NCBI GenBank assembly: GCA_020060385.1 | Contig: JAGVAH010000048.1 | Span: forward strand, 645 to 64,644 | Length of the DNA stretch: 64,000 nucleotides | Direction: 5' to 3' | Origin: Syntrophobacterales bacterium | GTDB taxonomy: Bacteria; Desulfobacterota; Desulfobaccia; Desulfobaccales; 0-14-0-80-60-11 | Part shown: positions 1 to 8,302 of the stretch, one piece after another | Layout of the letters: every line of letters begins with the position of its first letter | How positions within the stretch are numbered: the first letter of the stretch is position 1 | Notes under the pieces: generated by a model | Database searches by the model: none | Seen by the model: only the letters and a program-made list of their open reading frames with translations | Told to the model about the DNA's origin: nothing | Position numbers and translations under genes: made by a program

Positions 1-828
1 CTCCTTCTTTGTCTGGCAATGTTGGCGGCCTTCGTCCTCATCGGCCTGGTCTCCTATGGCATCAACGGTCAGATCACCACGGCCATGGATCCCAAATACC
101 ACTCTTTGACGACCAAGGTCATGCTCCTGTGGTTTGCGCCCCTGGCCCTCCTTTGGGGCCCCTCTTCCCAGAAAATCCTGGGCACGCTCCTCATCGCCTT
201 GAGTTATCTCCTCTTTTTGTTTACCCAGTTGCGGTCGGCCATGGCCCTCCCCTTGATCCTGGGAGGGCTGGCGGTCCTTTTTGGGGGCATGCGCCTGAAA
301 TATTTTTTGGTGATTCTCCTGGCTCTGTCCGCCATCCTGGTCTACTGCATCCGCCATTTGCCCGTGGAAAGAACCGGCCTGCAATATGAGCCCGCTTACT
401 ACCGGGTGGAAAATATCATGTTTTCCTGGCACATCGCCCTGAAGCACCCCCTTTTGGGCATCGGCCTGCTGACGCCCCGGGAGGATTTTCTCCAGGATTA
501 TGCTATAAAGTACCCCTATGTGACCCGGGAGAAGTTCCGGGATTCCCTGGCGTCCATCAAGGTCGCGGACAACATGTTCCTGACTTTTATGGTGGGGGTG
601 GGTTTTCCTTTTCTGTTGCTCTATTCTTTTTCCCTGATCATGCTCCTGGCCAGATTATTGGGAACCGTGGGCGCCACCCCCCCGGTCGCTTTTATCCCCC
701 CCCTGGCCCTATTTTTGCCGCTGGCCGGGGCGTTTATGACCTTTTTTATCTATGATCTGCTGCTGCATCCCCAGGTCTGCTGGTTCTTTCACCTGCTGCT
801 GGGTCTGATCCCCTTAGACCGGAAATAG
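1..828 (+). CDS. O-antigen ligase/polymerase-family (Wzy_C-like) polytopic membrane protein, 5' end cut by the window edge
   Basis: The frame is open from base 1 to the stop at 826-828. The translation is strongly hydrophobic with many TM segments, and the loop NIMFSWHIALKHPLLGIGLL is typical of the O-antigen ligase/Wzy_C family. It sits at the head of a glycan-assembly cluster. Confidence 0.55.
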   Translation, partial: LLLCLAMLAAFVLIGLVSYGINGQITTAMDPKYHSLTTKVMLLWFAPLALLWGPSSQKILGTLLIALSYLLFLFTQLRSAMALPLILGGLAVLFGGMRLKYFLVILLALSAILVYCIRHLPVERTGLQYEPAYYRVENIMFSWHIALKHPLLGIGLLTPREDFLQDYAIKYPYVTREKFRDSLASIKVADNMFLTFMVGVGFPFLLLYSFSLIMLLARLLGTVGATPPVAFIPPLALFLPLAGAFMTFFIYDLLLHPQVCWFFHLLLGLIPLDRK

Positions 829-900
829 GAGTAATGCAGTTTTCTGTTTTTTGTTTTCCACGGTGAGGTGCACATCGTCAACTGAGCAGTTTAGTGGGTC

Positions 901-949
901 TTGAACTTTGAACTTTGAACTTTGAACCTTGAACCTTGAACCTTGAACC
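901..949. repeat. Tandem heptamer array (TTGAACY)x7 abutting the start codon of the GT2 gene
   Basis: Units start at 901, 908, 915, 922, 929, 936 and 943: TTGAACT x3, then TTGAACC x4. All are perfect and head to tail. The array ends 4 nt before the ATG at 954. Confidence 0.95.
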
Positions 950-953
950 CAAC

Positions 954-1757
954 ATGAGCGACCTGCCCCCCTTCTACGTCATCACGGTAAATTACCACAG
1001 CGCTTCCTATCTGCCGGACTTCATCGCTTCCCTGGCCCCGCTGCCGTTTCTCAACCGGATGATCATCATCAACCACTCTCCGGAAGAGAGCCTGGGGGCC
1101 TTAAGCGCGCCCTTTCCTCTAGAAATCATCGATCAGGAGAACGCCGGGTATGGCGCGGGACTGAACCGGGGGCTGCGGGAGATCCCCCAGCAGAACGCCA
1201 TTGCCCTCCTGTGCAATCCCGACCTGGTCCTGGCCACCCCTGCTAAGGTGGCGGAGGCCCTGGCCTTCATGGCCGGACAGCCCCGGGTGGGCTGCCTGAT
1301 CCCCCGGTCCGTGGATTTCCAGGGGCAACCCATACTGGCCTGCCGCACCTTTTACACCTGGAAGAGTCTTTTGGCTGCCCGCATCGGTCTTTTCCGCCGG
1401 GTCTTCGCCGGCCCTTACCGGGAACACCTGCTGCTGGACGCGCCGGGCGACCGGCCCCTGGAAGTGGACTGGGGCTATGGCGCGGCCATGTTTTACCGGG
1501 TGGCCGCGTTCGGGGGCGGCCCCGCGTTTGATGAGAACTTCTTTCTGTATATGGAGGACGTGGACCTGTGCGTGCGTCTGTGGCAGGCGGGCCTGGCCGT
1601 GGTCTCCTATCCCGAACTGCTTTTCCGGCACCACAGCCAGAAGGATAGTCATCGCCGCTGGCGTTTTCTCAGGTACCATCTGGTGAGCCTGGGGAAATTC
1701 ATCTGGAAATATCATGGCTTGCCCCAGCGGCGGCATCCCGGGACGAAAATTTTTTGA
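954..1757 (+). CDS. Family-2 (GT-A fold) glycosyltransferase
   Basis: ATG at 954. The ORF-track start at 936 lies inside the repeat array. Motifs: VITVNYHS, DQENAGYGAGLNRG and YMEDVDLCVR, typical of rhamnosyl/GT2 transferases. Confidence 0.75.
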   Translation: MSDLPPFYVITVNYHSASYLPDFIASLAPLPFLNRMIIINHSPEESLGALSAPFPLEIIDQENAGYGAGLNRGLREIPQQNAIALLCNPDLVLATPAKVAEALAFMAGQPRVGCLIPRSVDFQGQPILACRTFYTWKSLLAARIGLFRRVFAGPYREHLLLDAPGDRPLEVDWGYGAAMFYRVAAFGGGPAFDENFFLYMEDVDLCVRLWQAGLAVVSYPELLFRHHSQKDSHRRWRFLRYHLVSLGKFIWKYHGLPQRRHPGTKIF

Positions 1758-1997
1758 GCCCGGGGGCCCCGGGGGTGCGGGGCCTGACGACCAGGCAGGG
1801 GGGAGACGCCTGAAGCTCATGGTCTGTAGCTGCCGGGGCCTCCGGCTACTAGAGCGATAATCCCGGCCCCGGGGTCCCTGTTAGTTATCTCGTCCTTACT
1901 CTTAGCGCTGGGTTATCCGGAGTTGCCATCCCCCGCACCACCTTCCTCTCTGGGCCCTGGGGTGGTTGTCTGCCAGGTTTGCCGGTACGCCCGGAGC

Positions 1998-2025
1998 TTG
2001 ACAATCAGCCCCGTTCTTGTATAAA
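1998..2025 (+). promoter_or_regulatory. Candidate sigma-70 promoter for wzm-wzt (TTGACA-16 nt-TATAAA)
   Basis: TTGACA at 1998-2003, a 16-nt spacer, TATAAA at 2020-2025, with TG at 2018-2019. A consensus-grade match is unusual in this GC-rich background. It lies only about 14 nt upstream of the wzm ATG (2039). Confidence 0.45.
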
Positions 2026-2038
2026 TGGATTGGTGAAT

Positions 2039-2896
2039 ATGGTGGAAATCCCTGTCAATTTACAGCTTCCCCCCCCAAGAGAACCCATCATCATCTCTCC
2101 TGACCGCAGCTGGGCCCGCGTTAATTTCCGGGAGATTTGGGAATACCGGGAGCTGCTCTTTTTCTTGGCCTTGCGGGATATCAAGGTCCGCTACCGCCAA
2201 ACCGTATTCGGCATTGCCTGGGCCATTATCCAGCCCTTCTTCACCATGCTGGTCTTCAGCCTGTTCTTTGGGCGCCTGGCCAAAATACCCTCGGACGGCG
2301 TGCCCTATCCCATTTTCAGCTATGCGGCCATGGTGCCCTGGGCCTTTTTCGCCAATGCGGTCTCCCAATCTTCAGACAGCCTGGTGGGCAGCGCCAATTT
2401 GATATCCAAAGTCTATTTTCCCCGGGTGTTGATTCCCCTGGCCGTGATGCTCTCCGGCATCGTCGACTTTCTGGTGGCCTTTGTGCTGATGTTGTTCATG
2501 ATGGTCTATTTCCAGATTTTTCCCACCCTCCAGGTTATCTGGCTGCCCGGCTTGCTGCTCCTGGCCCTGATCACTGCTTTGGGCGCGGGCTTATGGCTTT
2601 CCGCACTGAACGTCCAATTTCGGGACGTGCGTTATGCCCTGCCCTTCGTGGTCCAGATCTGGCTCTTTGTGACGCCGGTGGCCTATCCCAGCAGTCTTTT
2701 GCCCGAACCCTGGCGCACCTTTTATGGGATCAACCCCATGGCCGGGGTGGTGGAAGGGTTCCGTTGGGCCCTCCTGGGCACCGCCACCGCGCCCGGTCCC
2801 ATCATTGCCGTTTCCGCCCTTTTCGCCCTGATTCTGTTGGTCAGCGGCCTCCTTTATTTCCATCGCATGGAAAGAAGCTTTGCCGATATCATCTGA
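2039..2896 (+). CDS. wzm: ABC-2 type polysaccharide/O-antigen export permease
   Basis: The N-terminal motif REIWEYRELLFFLALRDIKVRYRQTVFGIAWAIIQP is characteristic of Wzm/TagG/KpsM permeases. About 6 TM segments follow. The ATPase gene starts 13 nt downstream. Confidence 0.85.
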   Translation: MVEIPVNLQLPPPREPIIISPDRSWARVNFREIWEYRELLFFLALRDIKVRYRQTVFGIAWAIIQPFFTMLVFSLFFGRLAKIPSDGVPYPIFSYAAMVPWAFFANAVSQSSDSLVGSANLISKVYFPRVLIPLAVMLSGIVDFLVAFVLMLFMMVYFQIFPTLQVIWLPGLLLLALITALGAGLWLSALNVQFRDVRYALPFVVQIWLFVTPVAYPSSLLPEPWRTFYGINPMAGVVEGFRWALLGTATAPGPIIAVSALFALILLVSGLLYFHRMERSFADII

Positions 2897-2909
2897 GCGC
2901 CGGTAACTC

Positions 2910-4202
2910 ATGGACTCGCCAATTATCAAAGTCGAAAACCTGGGCAAGAAGTATCGCATCGAAGGGAGTTTCGACCGCTACAGCACCATCCGGGAAACCC
3001 TGAAGGAGGTTTTCCTGACCCCGGTGCGCCGCTTGCGGGCCCTGGCCCAGGGACAAGGCGTCAGCGATGCCCCGGAAACCTTTTGGGCCCTGCAAAATGT
3101 CTCCTTTGCAGTGCAGCCCGGGGAAGTGGTGGGGATCATCGGCCGGAACGGCGCGGGCAAAACCACGCTACTGAAGATTCTCTCCCGGGTCACCAACCCC
3201 ACCACCGGCCGGGTGGTCCTGGGGGGCCGGGTGGGGTCCCTGCTGGAAGTGGGAGTGGGCTTCCACCCCGAACTTTCCGGGCGGGACAACATCTACCTGA
3301 GCGGCGCCATCATGGGCATGAAGCGGGCGGAGATCGCCCGGAAATATGACGAAATCGCGGCGTTCTCGGGGGTGGAAGATTTTTTGAATACCCCGGTGAA
3401 GCGCTATTCCAGCGGCATGTACACCCGCCTGGCCTTTGCGGTGGCCGCCCACCTGGAGCCGGAAATCCTCATCGTCGACGAAGTGCTGGCGGTGGGGGAC
3501 CTGGGCTTCCAAAACAAGTGCCTGGGCAAGATGTCGGAAGTGGCCCGGAGCGGCCGCACGGTGCTCTTTGTCAGCCACAACCTCTCCGCCATCGCCACCC
3601 TCTGCACCCGGGGCCTGCTCCTGGAGAAAGGGGAAATCGTCTTCCAGGGCAACAGCAGCGAAGTCATTTCCCAGTATGTGAAGCTGACCCGGGCCATGGA
3701 ACCCCAGGACCTCAGCCACCGCCTGGACCGCAAGGGCACCGGGGCCTTGCGGGTGACCCGGTTTTATATGGAGGACGAGGCAGGGAGGATCCTGGAGGCG
3801 GCCCAATCCGGCGGCTGCGTCCGCTTCGTCCTGGAATACGAGGGCGCGGCCGACACCCCCCTGAAGGAGGTGGCGGGCCACATCATGGTGGCCGACGGCT
3901 CCCGCTACCGCCTCTTCTCTTTCCTGTCGGAGATCGTGGGAGAGCCTTTCTCCTCCTTGCCCCGCACGGGCCGGCTCATCTGCCGGGTCCCTGAGCTGCC
4001 GCTGCTCCCCGGCAATTACGATCTCCATTTTTCCTGCCTGGTGGGCCGGCAGCTGGCGGACAAGATGCACTTCGCCGCCTCCCTGGTGGTGGCGGAGGGG
4101 GACTTCTTCGGGACGGGCCGCCTGTTCACCGACCGGGATGCTTACGGCAACGTCCTGGTGCACCACACCTGGACGGTGGATACTGAGAACCGCACTTTTT
4201 AG
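2910..4202 (+). CDS. wzt: O-antigen/polysaccharide export ABC ATPase with a C-terminal extension (putative glycan-binding domain)
   Basis: Walker A GRNGAGKTT, ABC signature YSSGMYTRL, Walker B ILIVDEVL, H-loop VSHN. About 180 residues follow the NBD, as in Wzt proteins that carry a carbohydrate-binding domain. Confidence 0.85.
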   Translation: MDSPIIKVENLGKKYRIEGSFDRYSTIRETLKEVFLTPVRRLRALAQGQGVSDAPETFWALQNVSFAVQPGEVVGIIGRNGAGKTTLLKILSRVTNPTTGRVVLGGRVGSLLEVGVGFHPELSGRDNIYLSGAIMGMKRAEIARKYDEIAAFSGVEDFLNTPVKRYSSGMYTRLAFAVAAHLEPEILIVDEVLAVGDLGFQNKCLGKMSEVARSGRTVLFVSHNLSAIATLCTRGLLLEKGEIVFQGNSSEVISQYVKLTRAMEPQDLSHRLDRKGTGALRVTRFYMEDEAGRILEAAQSGGCVRFVLEYEGAADTPLKEVAGHIMVADGSRYRLFSFLSEIVGEPFSSLPRTGRLICRVPELPLLPGNYDLHFSCLVGRQLADKMHFAASLVVAEGDFFGTGRLFTDRDAYGNVLVHHTWTVDTENRTF

Positions 4203-4220
4203 GAAGGCAACCGCGCTCCC

Positions 4221-5450
4221 ATGGGCAGCCTACGATTTCTGCATCTGGCCAACTATCACAGCGACAACATCGGCAACGGCGCTCTCATTGCCGGCACGGA
4301 GCGGGTGCTCCGGGAGGACCTGGGCAGGGAACTGACCTTTATTCCCGAACCCTGGGCCGACTACACCGCGCTGGGGGCCAAGCCCTTTGATGCCGCCTTT
4401 GTGGAGCGGGTCAACCGGGAGGCGGACGTCCTCCTGGTGGGCGCGGCGGTGACCCTGGACGGCCGGGCCCAGTACGGGCACACCGGCATGCGCTTCAATC
4501 TGCCCCTGCCCCTCTGGGAGCGGATAGACAAGCCCATCATCTTCTACGCCATCTCCCACCGCCACTGGCCCCTCCAGACCTATCACCACGCCCACCGCCT
4601 GGCCGAGACCCTGCGGTACGTGGAGAGCCGCCCCCATATTTTGTTCAGCGTGCGCCATGACGGCACCAAGGAGTGGCTGGAAGGCTTGCTGGGCTTTGCT
4701 TCCCCGAAGGTGGCGGCCATTCCCGATCCGGCCCTGTTCGTGCCCACTGAAGAAGCTTGGCACCCCGAACTCCGGGAGGATGCCATCAATGTGGTCATCT
4801 CCTTGAACAACGAGGACCCGGTCTACCGTTACGGCGGCCCGATGCAGCGGCTGGCCTGGAGGGGGCTGGGCTTTCTGGACCAGATGCTCCTCACCCGGGC
4901 CTGGCGCCACTTCCCGGAATGGCGCTGGCGGCGCCGGCGGTTCCTCACGGCCCTGGCCCAGGCCCTGACCCAGGTGGCCCGGGACTGGGACCTGAACCTG
5001 ATCCTTTGCCCCCACTCCACCGACGACCTGGCCATCATGGAGGAGTTCATCCGCCGCCTGCCGCCCCGGCTGGCCATGTACCAGGTGACCTGCGCCGGGT
5101 TGCTGCCGGAGTCCCGGTCCGCCTATGTTTACGACCTTTACCGCCGGGCCGACCTGGCCCTGAGCATGCGCATCCATTCCATGAGCCCGGCCTTGGGCCT
5201 GTCCACCCCGGTGATTACCCTGGATAGCGACACCCGCATGACCCAGTTCATGAAGACTGCGGGCTTAGGGGATTTTGCCCTGCAAATTTTCGACCCTGAT
5301 CTGCCGGCCAAGGTCCAGCACTTGATGAAATTTATCCTGACTAACAAGAAAGAGTTAAAAAAGAAAATACAAAAAATCTGTACCAATATGCGGCAACAGA
5401 CCAAAGCCTTTAACCAAAACGTGGCCTCATTACTCAATGTCGCGACATAA
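4221..5450 (+). CDS. Polysaccharide pyruvyl transferase-family protein
   Basis: N-terminal LANYHSDNIGNGALI and C-terminal LSMRIHSMSPALGLSTPVITLDSDTRMTQFMKTAGL resemble the conserved blocks of PS_pyruv_trans proteins. The last ~50 codons are markedly AT-rich. Confidence 0.5.
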   Translation: MGSLRFLHLANYHSDNIGNGALIAGTERVLREDLGRELTFIPEPWADYTALGAKPFDAAFVERVNREADVLLVGAAVTLDGRAQYGHTGMRFNLPLPLWERIDKPIIFYAISHRHWPLQTYHHAHRLAETLRYVESRPHILFSVRHDGTKEWLEGLLGFASPKVAAIPDPALFVPTEEAWHPELREDAINVVISLNNEDPVYRYGGPMQRLAWRGLGFLDQMLLTRAWRHFPEWRWRRRRFLTALAQALTQVARDWDLNLILCPHSTDDLAIMEEFIRRLPPRLAMYQVTCAGLLPESRSAYVYDLYRRADLALSMRIHSMSPALGLSTPVITLDSDTRMTQFMKTAGLGDFALQIFDPDLPAKVQHLMKFILTNKKELKKKIQKICTNMRQQTKAFNQNVASLLNVAT

Positions 5451-5471
5451 TTGGTTTTTTCGAATTCATTT

Positions 5472-6830
5472 ATGAGTCGGTATCGCTTTTTATCAATACT
5501 TTTCATTGTATTTCTTATTGCCGTGGGCGCCGCCTTGAATTTCTTATATCCGAGCCTGCGGGGTGCGGATTTAAGCATTGGAACAAAGGTAATTATAAAT
5601 GTTTATTTATTGTTATTAATTGTACTGGCAACGATAGGTTTATTCTTAGAAAAATATTACAAGCAAATAATTCTAATATTCATCATATCATTCTGCACAC
5701 TTAGCATTATACTGGGCGGAAGTGAGTTATATTTATTTTTAAAAAAAGCTCACCCTGGGCCCCAACATAAATATGACCTAAAAGCCTTGTACAAATATTA
5801 TAATTCATTTTGCGTGCAACATCTGCATCCATATTATATCTTTTCCTTGCCTTACAATAATGCTTTAATAAATAAGATTAATAATCCCGTTTGTTCCATT
5901 GATAGTAATGGTTTTCGCGGCCCGGGCCCGGAAGAACGGGGAGAGAAAAAACTCGCTTTCCTCCTGGGAGGTTCGGCGGCTTTCGGCCTGGAAGCAACGA
6001 GCAATGCCACCACCATCACCGGATTTTTAAATGAGCAGCAATCCCGGTATTTTTTTGTCAATGCCGGGGTGCCGGGCTGGAACTCCATGCAGGAATTGTA
6101 TCGCCTCTTATTGCAGCTGCTGGCATACCACCCGGATTTGATTCTGGTGTATGATGGCCATAATGACGCCAGCATCAGCTATAAGCACGCCAAGAGCGGG
6201 CATGATTATTTGGAGGGCACGCCGGACTCCTATGGGGCCCTGGCCGCAAAGGTGGATGACATCCGCAGCCAGGGAAAAAATATCTTTAATCTAGATATTA
6301 ATTATGAAATGCTATGGTCCAAACTGAATTCCTTGTGTTTGCCGGAATTGAGAGCTTATCTGTCAAATATGAGGGGGAAAAATCCGCAAGTTGTGGTAAA
6401 TTTGCATCTCCAGGAGGAACTGGAAAAAAGCGGGAAGCTCGACGCCGCCTGGAAGAAAAAGGCAGAGGCCACCGCCGGTAATTATGTGAAGAACTTGTCC
6501 CTGATGCGGACGCTCACCCAGGAGAGGAATATTAAAATAATATTTATCTTTCAGCCGTACCTATTCGCCCACCAAAACAAGGGCCAATGTCTGCAAGAAT
6601 ATTTTCATAAATATAAATCCATTAATGCGGAAAAAATCAATTTCATAAATAAGTTTCATGAGATAGTAATTAATAAGGCCGCGACGCTCGGCCGCTTTTA
6701 CGATTTTTACACCTTATTTGACCAATATTATCAGGATATTCCCGGGGGGAAGATATTTGGTGATGAGGTGCACTTGTACGACCGGGGCAATGAAATAGTG
6801 GCCCGGGAAATCATCCCCCTTTTGCCTTGA
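5472..6830 (+). CDS. Membrane-anchored SGNH/GDSL-family hydrolase (possible glycan O-acyl esterase/transferase), low-GC gene
   Basis: ATG at 5472 (TTG at 5451 also possible). N-terminal TM helices, then the SGNH blocks: LLGGSAAFG (Ser), NAGVPGW (Gly), YDGHND (GxND), GDEVHL (DxxH). Visibly AT-rich compared with its neighbours. Confidence 0.6.
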   Translation: MSRYRFLSILFIVFLIAVGAALNFLYPSLRGADLSIGTKVIINVYLLLLIVLATIGLFLEKYYKQIILIFIISFCTLSIILGGSELYLFLKKAHPGPQHKYDLKALYKYYNSFCVQHLHPYYIFSLPYNNALINKINNPVCSIDSNGFRGPGPEERGEKKLAFLLGGSAAFGLEATSNATTITGFLNEQQSRYFFVNAGVPGWNSMQELYRLLLQLLAYHPDLILVYDGHNDASISYKHAKSGHDYLEGTPDSYGALAAKVDDIRSQGKNIFNLDINYEMLWSKLNSLCLPELRAYLSNMRGKNPQVVVNLHLQEELEKSGKLDAAWKKKAEATAGNYVKNLSLMRTLTQERNIKIIFIFQPYLFAHQNKGQCLQEYFHKYKSINAEKINFINKFHEIVINKAATLGRFYDFYTLFDQYYQDIPGGKIFGDEVHLYDRGNEIVAREIIPLLP

Positions 6831-6929
6831 GGGACCTGGAAAAACAGGATTTTCAACAAGTGGGACCTGGTCCCCGACTCCGGCAAGCAAGGACAATACA
6901 GAAAAAACACCTAGGGGCAAGGAGAACAA

Positions 6930-7799
6930 ATGCAACCCGTAAAAATCGGTAATCGTCTGGTGGGGCCCGATTCACCCACGTTTATTATCGCCGAGATCGG
7001 TATCAATCATAATGGGGACGTGGAAATCGCCAAAAAGCTGATCAGCGCGGCCGTGGGCGCGGGCTGTGACGCGGTGAAGTTCCAAAAACGCACGGTGGAG
7101 GTGGTCTATTCCCCGGAAGAGTTGGCCAAGCCCCGGGAAAACCCCTTCGGCCCCACCAACGGCGACCTGAAGCGGGGCCTGGAGTTCGGCCAGGGGGAGT
7201 TCGCCGAGATCGACCGCTTTTGCCGGAGCCTGGGCATCCTCTGGTTCGCCTCCTGTTGGGACGAAGGCTCGGTGGATTTCCTCGCCCGCTTTGATCCCCC
7301 CTGCTATAAAATCGCCTCCGCTTCCCTGACCGATGACGCCTTGCTCCGGCATCACCGCCGCCTAAACAAACCCATCATCCTCTCCACGGGCATGAGCACC
7401 CTGGAGCAGGTCGACCACGCGGTGGGGGTCCTGGGAAAAGAGGATCTGATCCTCATGCATACCACCAGCACCTATCCCTCCAAGATCGAAGAATTGAATT
7501 TGCGGGTCATCCCGGCCCTTAAAGCCCGCTATGGTATCCCGGTGGGTTACTCCGGACATGAAGTGGGCATTTACACCACCCTGGTGGCCATGGTTCTGGG
7601 GGCCTGCGCGGTGGAAAGGCATATCACCCTGGACCGGGCCATGTGGGGCAGCGACCAGGCGGCCTCCGTGGAGCCCCATGGCATTGCCCGCCTGGTGAAG
7701 GATATCCGGGCCGCGGAACTGGCCCTGGGGGACGGCCTCAAAAAGGTCTATGACAGCGAAAAACCGATTATCCAAAAATTGCGCCGGGTGGGCGCATGA
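6930..7799 (+). CDS. NeuB-family nonulosonic acid (sialic-acid-like) synthase, TIM-barrel only (no C-terminal SAF domain)
   Basis: SD AAGGAG lies upstream. Motifs FIIAEIGINHNGD, AVKFQKR, HTTSTYP, GYSGHE and VERHITLD match NeuB/LegI/PseI-type synthases. At 289 aa the protein ends right after the barrel. Confidence 0.75.
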   Translation: MQPVKIGNRLVGPDSPTFIIAEIGINHNGDVEIAKKLISAAVGAGCDAVKFQKRTVEVVYSPEELAKPRENPFGPTNGDLKRGLEFGQGEFAEIDRFCRSLGILWFASCWDEGSVDFLARFDPPCYKIASASLTDDALLRHHRRLNKPIILSTGMSTLEQVDHAVGVLGKEDLILMHTTSTYPSKIEELNLRVIPALKARYGIPVGYSGHEVGIYTTLVAMVLGACAVERHITLDRAMWGSDQAASVEPHGIARLVKDIRAAELALGDGLKKVYDSEKPIIQKLRRVGA

Positions 7800-8302
7800 T
7801 TCGGGTTCTGGCCCTGGATATCGATGGGGTCCTGACCGATGGCCGGGTGCTGCTGGATGAATCCGGCCGGGAATCCAAGTTTTTGTGCTTCCGGGACATC
7901 GACGCGGTCTTCCACGCCCGCCGGCAGGGGCTGGTGCTGGCCCTGGTCACCGGGGAAGACACCCCCATGGTGGAGGTTATTGCCCGGCGCCTGGAAATCA
8001 GCCATGTCTATCGTCATGCCAAGGACAAGCACGCGGCTATCAGGCAATTATCCCGGGATCTGCAGGTCCCTTTGGAGGAAATCGCCTACGTGGGCGACGC
8101 GCCGAAGGATGCGCCGGCCCTGGCGGCCGTGGCCTGGGGCCTGGCCCCCGCGGACGCGGATGAGAAGGCCCGGGCCGCGGCCCGCCTGGTGCTGCGCCAA
8201 GGCGGCGGCCAGGGCGCGGTGAGCGAAGCGGTACATCTGGTGCTGACAGAAAGGGAAAAGAAAACCGGGCCCCAAGGAATACCAGAGGACCACCTTATAT
8301 GA
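7796..8302 (+). CDS. HAD-IIIA phosphatase of the KdsC (KDO-8-P / KDN-9-P phosphatase) family
   Basis: Motif I LALDIDGVLTDG, and YVGDAPKDAPA near the C-terminus. About 168 aa. The start overlaps the NeuB-like stop (ATGA at 7796-7799). Confidence 0.65.
   Translation: MIRVLALDIDGVLTDGRVLLDESGRESKFLCFRDIDAVFHARRQGLVLALVTGEDTPMVEVIARRLEISHVYRHAKDKHAAIRQLSRDLQVPLEEIAYVGDAPKDAPALAAVAWGLAPADADEKARAAARLVLRQGGGQGAVSEAVHLVLTEREKKTGPQGIPEDHLI

Noticed and set aside
901-949. Considered whether the repeat arrays could be a degenerate CRISPR or a coding repeat
   Set aside because: The units are 7 bp with no spacers, so this is not a CRISPR. The arrays lie outside the credible coding frames: the ORF-track start at 936 needs a non-ATG start inside the array, whereas an ATG follows at 954.
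1979-2038. Upstream TTG start for wzm proposed by the ORF track
   Set aside because: It would place the start codon upstream of, and running through, the consensus -35/-10 promoter at 1998-2025. ATG 2039 preserves the full conserved Wzm N-terminus.
3168-4166. 332-aa minus-strand ORF, with similar ones at 4230-5177 and 8710-9729
   Set aside because: Antisense shadows of the wzt, pyruvyl-transferase and Gfo/Idh/MocA-neuA genes. Compositionally biased, no motifs.
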